Below, one piece after another: positions 26,535-32,000 of a stretch of DNA of 32,000 bases. Each line of letters opens with the position of its first letter. Position 1 is the first letter of the stretch. Location of the stretch: assembly GCF_000015585.1 (NCBI RefSeq), contig NC_008789.1, positions 510,001-542,000 of the forward strand, given 5' to 3'. This DNA comes from Halorhodospira halophila SL1 (GTDB lineage Bacteria > Pseudomonadota > Gammaproteobacteria > Nitrococcales > Halorhodospiraceae). The notes under the pieces were generated by a model that searched no databases, was not told where the DNA came from, and saw only the letters and a program-made list of their open reading frames with translations. Both the position numbers and the translations under genes were made by a program.

Positions 26535-27008
26535 ATGAGCAGCGGCGAGCACGAGGCCTCCCGCGTCCTGCGTGAGCGGGATTACCGCTGGGAAGGCACC
26601 GAGGAAGAGGCCTACAAGGCGGAGGGCACCCACTTCAGCGGTGCCCGCCGCCAGACCCTGGTCGGCCGCCCGGCCGGGCAGGAGGCGCCGGCCTTCGAAA
26701 CCCGCTACTTCGAAGTGGAACCCGGGGGCTACACCACCCTGGAGCGCCATGAGCACACCCACGTGGTCATCGTGGTCCGGGGCCACGCCGAGGTGGTCCT
26801 GGACGACCGGGTCGAGCCCCTGACGCCGCTGGACTGTGTCTACATCGCCCCCCACGCCTGGCACCAGATCCACGCCACCGGGGCCAACGAGCCGCTGGGA
26901 TTCCTGTGCATCGTCGACAGCGACCGCGATCGGCCACAGCGCCCGGACGCCGACGATCTGGCGCGCCTCTGTGCCGACCCGGCCGTCGCCCGGCGCATCC
27001 GTACCTGA
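26535..27008 (+). CDS. Cupin-domain protein (candidate 1-methylthio-D-xylulose-5-phosphate sulfo-lyase type)
   Basis: 157 aa with cupin metal motifs (GGYTTLERHEHTH ... PHAWHQIH). Starts 4 nt after the RLP stop. Confidence 0.7.
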   Translation: MSSGEHEASRVLRERDYRWEGTEEEAYKAEGTHFSGARRQTLVGRPAGQEAPAFETRYFEVEPGGYTTLERHEHTHVVIVVRGHAEVVLDDRVEPLTPLDCVYIAPHAWHQIHATGANEPLGFLCIVDSDRDRPQRPDADDLARLCADPAVARRIRT

Positions 27009-27032
27009 AGCCACCGAGGCCCAGAGCACCCC

Positions 27033-28313
27033 TTGGAAGCGATCCCCGTCAGCCTACTCTTCGCCACCCTCGGCGGTCTGATCATCCTCTCCGGCTGCTT
27101 CTCCGGCTCGGAGACGGCGCTGATGTCGCTCAACCGCTACCGCATGCGCCACCTGGCCAAACAGGGGCACCGCGGGGCGCGCATCGCCGAGCGGCTGCTG
27201 CAGCGTCCGGACCGGGTGCTCGGGGTGATCCTGCTCGGCAACAACTTCGTCAACATCGCCGCCTCGTCCCTGGCGACGCTGATCGCCCTGCGCCTCTACG
27301 GCGAGAGTGCGATCGCCGTAGCCGCCGGGCTGCTGACACTGGTGATCCTGATCTTCGCCGAGGTGGCCCCCAAGACCCTGGCCGCGGTCCATCCGGAGCG
27401 CGTCGCGTTCCCGGCCAGCTACGTCCTGTGGCTGCTCCTGCGCTTGCTCTATCCGCTGGTCTGGCTGGTGAATACGGCGGCCAACGCCCTGCTGAGCATC
27501 ATCCGGGTGCGGGTGGAAGACGTCAGCGCCGCAGAACTCAGCCAGGACGAGCTACGCACAGTGGTCAATGAGGCCGGCGACATGATCCCCCGTCGCCACC
27601 GGCACATGCTGGTGAGCATCCTCGATCTGGAGGAGGCGACGGTGGAGGACATCATGATCCCGCGCACGGAGATCGTCGGCATCGACCTCGACGACCCGTG
27701 GTCAGAGACACTGGAGCGGCTGACCAACAGTCAGTACACCCGCATGCCGGTCTACCGGGGGACGGTGGACCACGTCATGGGGTTCGTGCATGTACGGCGG
27801 ATCGTGGGTGACCTGGTCCGCGGCAACTTCACCCCGGAGGATCTCCAGGCGCGGTTGAAGGAGCCGTTCTTCATCCCGGAAGGGACCGGGCTGCACACCC
27901 AGCTGCTGAAGTTCCAGCGCCAGCGTGAGCGGGTCGGCCTGGTGGTGGACGAGTACGGCGAGATCCTGGGCCTGGCCGCTCTGGACGACATCCTGGAGGA
28001 GATCGTCGGCGAGTTCACGACGGACCCGGGCACCCTGACCCGTTCGATCAACCGGCAGGATGACGGGACCTATCTGGTCGAGGGCAGCGCGACGGTCCGG
28101 GAGCTGAATCGGGTCCTGGGCTGGGAGTTGGAGACCAGCGGACCGAAGACCCTCAACGGGCTGATCCTGGAGCGGCTGGAAACCATCCCCGAGGCGGGCA
28201 CGAGCCTGCTCATCGACGGCTATCCGGTGACCATCGTGCAGACCCAGGGCAATCGGGTGAAGACCGCGGAGATCCAGCCGGAGCGCCCCCCGTCCGTCCA
28301 GCGGCCGGGGTGA
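27033..28313 (+). CDS. corB: CNNM/CorB-family Mg2+/Co2+ efflux-related protein (DUF21-CBS pair-CorC_HlyC)
   Basis: 426 aa, colinear from residue 1 with E. coli YfjD/CorB as I recall it (ME..., FSGSET..M.LNRYR.RH.AKQG...). TTG start at 27033. Confidence 0.9.
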   Translation: MEAIPVSLLFATLGGLIILSGCFSGSETALMSLNRYRMRHLAKQGHRGARIAERLLQRPDRVLGVILLGNNFVNIAASSLATLIALRLYGESAIAVAAGLLTLVILIFAEVAPKTLAAVHPERVAFPASYVLWLLLRLLYPLVWLVNTAANALLSIIRVRVEDVSAAELSQDELRTVVNEAGDMIPRRHRHMLVSILDLEEATVEDIMIPRTEIVGIDLDDPWSETLERLTNSQYTRMPVYRGTVDHVMGFVHVRRIVGDLVRGNFTPEDLQARLKEPFFIPEGTGLHTQLLKFQRQRERVGLVVDEYGEILGLAALDDILEEIVGEFTTDPGTLTRSINRQDDGTYLVEGSATVRELNRVLGWELETSGPKTLNGLILERLETIPEAGTSLLIDGYPVTIVQTQGNRVKTAEIQPERPPSVQRPG

Positions 28314-28321
28314 TGCAGCCG

Positions 28322-28648
28322 CAGCCGCCCGCCGAGAGGCACCCCGCCGCCATCCGGCGCTGCCCCGCGGTTGGTGCCCGGACGCTGCCGTGGGTGGGGG
28401 CCCTGCCACCCCGCCTGACGGTCGCGCCCCGCCTGACGGCGGGGTCCCCTGCGCGGCTCACCCCGGCGGGGCCGCTCGCTTAACTCGCGGCGCTACGCGC
28501 CGCTCGGACAAAACCTCGCTGATCCCCCGCCGGGGCTGCGCTGCTCGGCGCGCCCAATGGCGGGGTGGCAGGGCCCCCACCCACGGCGCGCCGGCGGGCT
28601 TTGTTGCCTGCGCCGGATGGCGGCGGGGTGCCTCTCGGCGGGCGGCTG
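28322..28648. repeat. 327-bp nested inverted-repeat element filling the corB/cheW convergent intergenic region
   Basis: Perfect 39-bp terminal inverted repeats (28322..28360 vs 28610..28648). A second perfect 26-bp inverted pair (28390..28415 vs 28559..28584). A third 11-bp pair (CCCCGGCGGGG / CCCCGCCGGGG). Central hairpin GCGGCGC-tac-GCGCCGC. GCCG lies on both flanks. Confidence 0.85.
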
Positions 28649-28658
28649 GCCGTGGTGA

Positions 28659-29156
28659 TCAGAGGGCGGCCACCTCCTGCCACTCGTCCTCGGTCAGGAG
28701 CTTGTTGGCATCAACCAGGATCAGCAGCCCGTCCTCGCGACTGACCACCCCATAGATGTAGCGCGACGATTCCTCATTGCCGACGTTCGGCGCCGTATCG
28801 ATCTGCGCCTCGCGAACGCTGGCCACCTCATCGACGCTGTCGACCAGGATACCGGCGACGTTCTCCGCCACCTCCATGACAATGATCCGACTCTGCTTGT
28901 CCGCCTCCCGAGGCTTCATGCCAAAGCGCAGCCGCGTGTCGATCACCGTCACCACTTTGCCACGCAGATTGATGATCCCCAGGACGAACTCCGGGGCCCC
29001 CGGCACCGGCGCGATCTCCGACAGCGGCAGGACCTCCTGGACCTGCATCACGTTGATGCCGTAGTGCTCGTTGCCGAGCTTGAACGTCACCCACTGGGAG
29101 GTCGGCCCCTCAGCGAGTTCGGCATCGTCTTCGTACTGTGCCTGTTCGTAAGCCAT
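28659..29156 (-). CDS. cheW: Chemotaxis coupling protein CheW
   Basis: 165 aa with a full-length CheW domain (FKLGNEHYGINVMQVQEV...GIINLRGKVVTVIDTR...). Confidence 0.9.
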   Translation of the reverse strand: MAYEQAQYEDDAELAEGPTSQWVTFKLGNEHYGINVMQVQEVLPLSEIAPVPGAPEFVLGIINLRGKVVTVIDTRLRFGMKPREADKQSRIIVMEVAENVAGILVDSVDEVASVREAQIDTAPNVGNEESSRYIYGVVSREDGLLILVDANKLLTEDEWQEVAAL

Positions 29157-29175
29157 GTATTCCCCTCGCTACGGG

Positions 29176-30126
29176 TTAACCGGAACCGGCGGGGTTATTC
29201 TGCCCGCGGGAGGCTGGGGATGCCAGGGTGCCGCCAACCCCGCCCTCCCGCTCGAGCATATCGGCGAAGGCGTCCGTATCCACCAGCGCACAGAGGTGTT
29301 CCCGCACCGTGCCCGCCAGCCAACGCCGTCGCCCCTCGGCCGAGCGCCACTGTACCTGCTCCGGGGTTAGCTTGAGCACCGCCCCCACCTCCCGGCACGC
29401 CAGTCCCCAATGGCCGTCGCCGACGATGATGATCCGCCCGGCGCGGCGCTCCTCGAGCGGTGGCCGGCGGTCCTCGGGGAGGACCACCTCGGCGGTATCG
29501 ACCACCTGCACGTAGCGCCCACGGTGGTCGAGCAGCCCATGCATCCACGCCGGCTGCCCGACCGTGGGCTCAACCTCGTCCGGATCCTCCCACGGCACCA
29601 CCCGGTGGAGCTTGACCAGCGGCACCGCCAGGCGCAGGGCCCCCACATGCAGGGTCAGCGCCTGAAAGAAAGGCCGGGCCCAGGCCGGCGTCGGATCGGC
29701 CGGGGGCTCCTTGCCACCGGCACCGGCACCCGCCTGGGTGCGCGGTGGCGCCGGGGCAGCGGTCTTGGCAGGCGGGGGATCGGGCTCGGGCTGCGGCTCG
29801 GAGGCCGTCTCCGGCGGTGCCACGGTCGGCAGCGGCGCCTGGGGCAGGCGCGGCCGCTCGGCCATGCGGCTCTGCGCCGCGGGCGCCTGAGGGGCGGGCG
29901 CTCGAGCTGCTTCCGGGGCCGCTGGTATCTCGCGCTCCGCGGATTCACCCGGGGACGACGCCGCCTCTGCGGCAGCCGCCTCCGGCTCCGGGGGCGGCTG
30001 TTCCCCGCCCGGAGACGCCTCCGCCTCCGGCACAAAGTCCTCAACCTCGTCGAGCAGCGCCTGAAGATACTCCCCCAGGGCGTGCTGGTGATCGGGCAGC
30101 CCCTTCCCCGGGTCCTCTTCAGACAT
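29176..30126 (-). CDS. parP: CheW-like domain protein, ParP-type (chemotaxis array partitioning partner)
   Basis: Start at ATG 30126 (MSEEDPGKG...) overlaps the parC stop (ATGTCTGA). About 316 aa: a short N-terminal region, a Pro/Ala/Glu-rich linker of about 115 aa, and a C-terminal CheW-like domain. Its position between a ParA-like ATPase and cheW matches the Vibrio/Pseudomonas che clusters. Confidence 0.7.
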   Translation of the reverse strand: MSEEDPGKGLPDHQHALGEYLQALLDEVEDFVPEAEASPGGEQPPPEPEAAAAEAASSPGESAEREIPAAPEAARAPAPQAPAAQSRMAERPRLPQAPLPTVAPPETASEPQPEPDPPPAKTAAPAPPRTQAGAGAGGKEPPADPTPAWARPFFQALTLHVGALRLAVPLVKLHRVVPWEDPDEVEPTVGQPAWMHGLLDHRGRYVQVVDTAEVVLPEDRRPPLEERRAGRIIIVGDGHWGLACREVGAVLKLTPEQVQWRSAEGRRRWLAGTVREHLCALVDTDAFADMLEREGGVGGTLASPASRGQNNPAGSG

Positions 30127-30916
30127 GGCCGGCCACCTCGTTATCACGTTCGCGCTCGGCCCGGGTCAGGTGTTCGAGCAGCTTGCGAAAGGCGAGGCTG
30201 CCCCGGCACCAGGGCTGCATCACGGTCAGCGGCAGGCCGTCCCGGCTGGCCTCACGGAACTGCGTGTCCACCGGGATGGCGCCGGGCCAGACCCGCTCGC
30301 CGTGGCGCTGCTGCAGATCCTCCAGGGCCCGGGTGGCGGCCCGGGTCCGCCGGTCGTACAGCGTCGGGACGATGGTGTAAGGCAGCGCGCGGGGCCGCGA
30401 GCGCTCAATCATCTCCAGGGTGTGCACCATCCGCTCCAGCCCCTTGAGGGCGAGGAACTCGGTCTGCACCGGCACGATCAGCTGATCGCAGGCGGCCAGG
30501 GCGTTGACCATCAGCACCCCGAGCATCGGTGGGCAGTCGAGCAGGGTGTAGTCGAAGCGGTGGGCCATGGTGCTCAGCCCCCGGCGGATCACCAGCCCCA
30601 TGCCCTTGCGGCTGCCCAACTGTCGGTCCAGAGTCGCCAGCGAGGTGGAGGCCGGCAGCAGGTGCAGGCCCTCCACGGCGGTGGGCACGCTCATCGCCTC
30701 GGGATCGATGCCCCGGCCCTGGTGGCGGAAGAGCTCGTAGAGGTTCGGCTCCACCACCTCCGGATCGTAGCCGAAGTAGCTGGTCAGCGACCCGTGGGGA
30801 TCGAGGTCAACCACCAGAACCGAACGCCCCCGCTGGGCAAGCAGCCCGGCGAGGCTGGTGACGACCGTGGTCTTACCGACGCCGCCCTTCTGATTGGCCA
30901 CTGTCCAGATGCGCAT
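30119..30916 (-). CDS. parC: ParA/MinD-family ATPase, ParC-type (chemotaxis cluster-associated)
   Basis: 265 aa with deviant Walker A NQKGGVGKTT. Lies between cheB and the CheW-like gene. Confidence 0.85.
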   Translation of the reverse strand: MRIWTVANQKGGVGKTTVVTSLAGLLAQRGRSVLVVDLDPHGSLTSYFGYDPEVVEPNLYELFRHQGRGIDPEAMSVPTAVEGLHLLPASTSLATLDRQLGSRKGMGLVIRRGLSTMAHRFDYTLLDCPPMLGVLMVNALAACDQLIVPVQTEFLALKGLERMVHTLEMIERSRPRALPYTIVPTLYDRRTRAATRALEDLQQRHGERVWPGAIPVDTQFREASRDGLPLTVMQPWCRGSLAFRKLLEHLTRAERERDNEVAGHV

Positions 30917-30936
30917 AGGCCTGCCGATCCTGCCCG

Positions 30937-32000
30937 CTAGCGAAGGCGGGCGAGTTCGTCTCCGATCCGCTCGAGGGGCAGCACCTGATCACTGAGCCCG
31001 GCCTTGGCCACCGCCGCTGGCATGCCGTAGATGACGCTGCTCGCCTCGTCCTGGCTCCACACCCAGCAACCGTTGTCCTTGAGCAGCTTGGCCCCCTTGG
31101 CCCCGTCCGAGCCCATACCAGTGAGCACGATCCCCAGCACCCCTGCCGGGGCCAGCCGGGCCAGCTCGCTGAAGGCAATATCGACGCTCGGCTTGTAGTG
31201 GTGGTCGCTCTGCCCCTCATAGGTGTAGACACTGAGCGCGCCGCTGCGCCCGCGTACCCCCAGGTGCCGGCCGCCGGGGGCGAGGAGCACCTCGCCAGGG
31301 CGCAGCAGGTCGTCGTCATCCGCCTCGCGGACCTGCACCTGGCAGAGCTCATTGAGGCGCTCGGCGAAGGCCGGGGTGAAGGAGGCCGGCATATGCTGGA
31401 TCACCAGCACGGGCACCGGGAAGCTCGCCGGTAGCCGGGTCAGCACCCGCTGCAGCGCCACCGGCCCGCCGGTGGAGCACCCGATGACCACCGCCTGCAG
31501 ATCGGCCAGGCGCGGACCGCCGCGGCCGGCGCGCCGCGCCCCAGTGGCCGGGGCCGGCTGCGCTGCAGGGGCCGGCGCCCGCGCCGCGGCTTCGCCTTCC
31601 GGGCGTGAGCGAGCCGCCGGCGGGGTGCGGCTGGGCGTCGGGGCCTCGCCGGTAGCCGGAGGCGCAGCCGCCGGCGCCCGGGCCTGGGAAACCGCAGCCT
31701 GCCCGCCCCGGGGGCCACCCCCGCGCCGGCCGCCGCCGAGCTCGACCAGCCGCCCGCAGAGCTGACGCTGGACCGCCTCCATGTCGCCGGAGATGTCGGC
31801 GAACCGCTTGGGGATGAAATCGGCGGCGCCGGCTTCAAGCGCCTCGATGGTCGCCCGAGCCCCCTCGTGGGTGAGCGAGGAGAACATCAGCACCGGGGTG
31901 GGTCGGCGCTGCATGATCTCGCGGACCGCCGAGATGCCGTCGAGTTCGGGCATCTCGATGTCCATGGTGATCACGTCCGGGCACAGCCGCTGGGCCAGCG
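30937..32000 (-). CDS. cheB: Chemotaxis response regulator protein-glutamate methylesterase CheB (5' end outside the window)
   Basis: The reading frame stays open to the window edge (…PDVITMDIEMPELDG is mid-receiver domain). Methylesterase catalytic blocks GCSTGGP, HMPASFT and GMGSDGA are present. The inter-domain linker is long and Pro/Ala/Gly-rich. Confidence 0.9.
   Translation of the reverse strand, partial: LAQRLCPDVITMDIEMPELDGISAVREIMQRRPTPVLMFSSLTHEGARATIEALEAGAADFIPKRFADISGDMEAVQRQLCGRLVELGGGRRGGGPRGGQAAVSQARAPAAAPPATGEAPTPSRTPPAARSRPEGEAAARAPAPAAQPAPATGARRAGRGGPRLADLQAVVIGCSTGGPVALQRVLTRLPASFPVPVLVIQHMPASFTPAFAERLNELCQVQVREADDDDLLRPGEVLLAPGGRHLGVRGRSGALSVYTYEGQSDHHYKPSVDIAFSELARLAPAGVLGIVLTGMGSDGAKGAKLLKDNGCWVWSQDEASSVIYGMPAAVAKAGLSDQVLPLERIGDELARLR

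Noticed and set aside
2395-27032. Possible genomic island between ypjD and corB.
   Set aside because: I see no integrase, transposase, tRNA, flanking direct repeats or compositional break. The genes are housekeeping-type with uniform GC3. I keep it only as a low-interest synteny observation.
28416-28558. Central hairpins of the corB/cheW intergenic element as a bidirectional intrinsic terminator.
   Set aside because: No hairpin is followed by a U-run on either strand. The only T/A run (GGTTTTG / CAAAACC at about 28509..28515) lies on the wrong side of the adjacent stem for both transcription directions. A simple terminator does not explain the structure.

Overview
The window is very GC-rich with strong GC3 bias. 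It looks like ordinary chromosomal DNA from a gammaproteobacterium: the gene content resembles Chromatiales/Ectothiorhodospiraceae or Pseudomonas, but the taxon cannot be fixed from sequence alone. I call about 31 protein-coding genes that tile almost the whole window. In order they are: ffh and divergent ypjD; a thioredoxin-fold oxidoreductase; a TRAP transporter locus with two tandem DctP-type binding proteins divergent from dctQM; an exbB-exbD-exbD-tonB operon whose TonB carries 24 uninterrupted Glu-Pro repeats; a patatin / YajG-like lipoprotein / membrane-anchored hypothetical trio; a split class II (B12) ribonucleotide reductase nrdJa-nrdJb; a Na/Pi cotransporter plus P-type cation ATPase pair; a membrane hypothetical followed by a stand-alone error-prone polymerase dnaE2; hslR; rraA; a degenerate GGDEF protein followed by a RuBisCO-like protein (form IV) and a cupin; corB; and the end of a chemotaxis cluster, cheB-parC-parP-cheW. 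I saw no rRNA, tRNA, CRISPR array, transposase, integrase or phage genes. The many long ORFs antisense to these genes are artefacts of high GC. I cannot point to a convincing, wholly new multi-gene system. The features least explained by standard annotation are: (1) a 327-bp nested perfect inverted-repeat element that fills the corB/cheW convergent intergenic region; (2) the GGDEF(degenerate)-RLP-cupin cluster; (3) an orphan dnaE2 with no imuA/imuB and no recognisable SOS box; (4) a microsatellite-like (EP)24 tract in tonB. All functional calls come from motif and family recognition by eye. No database search was run.
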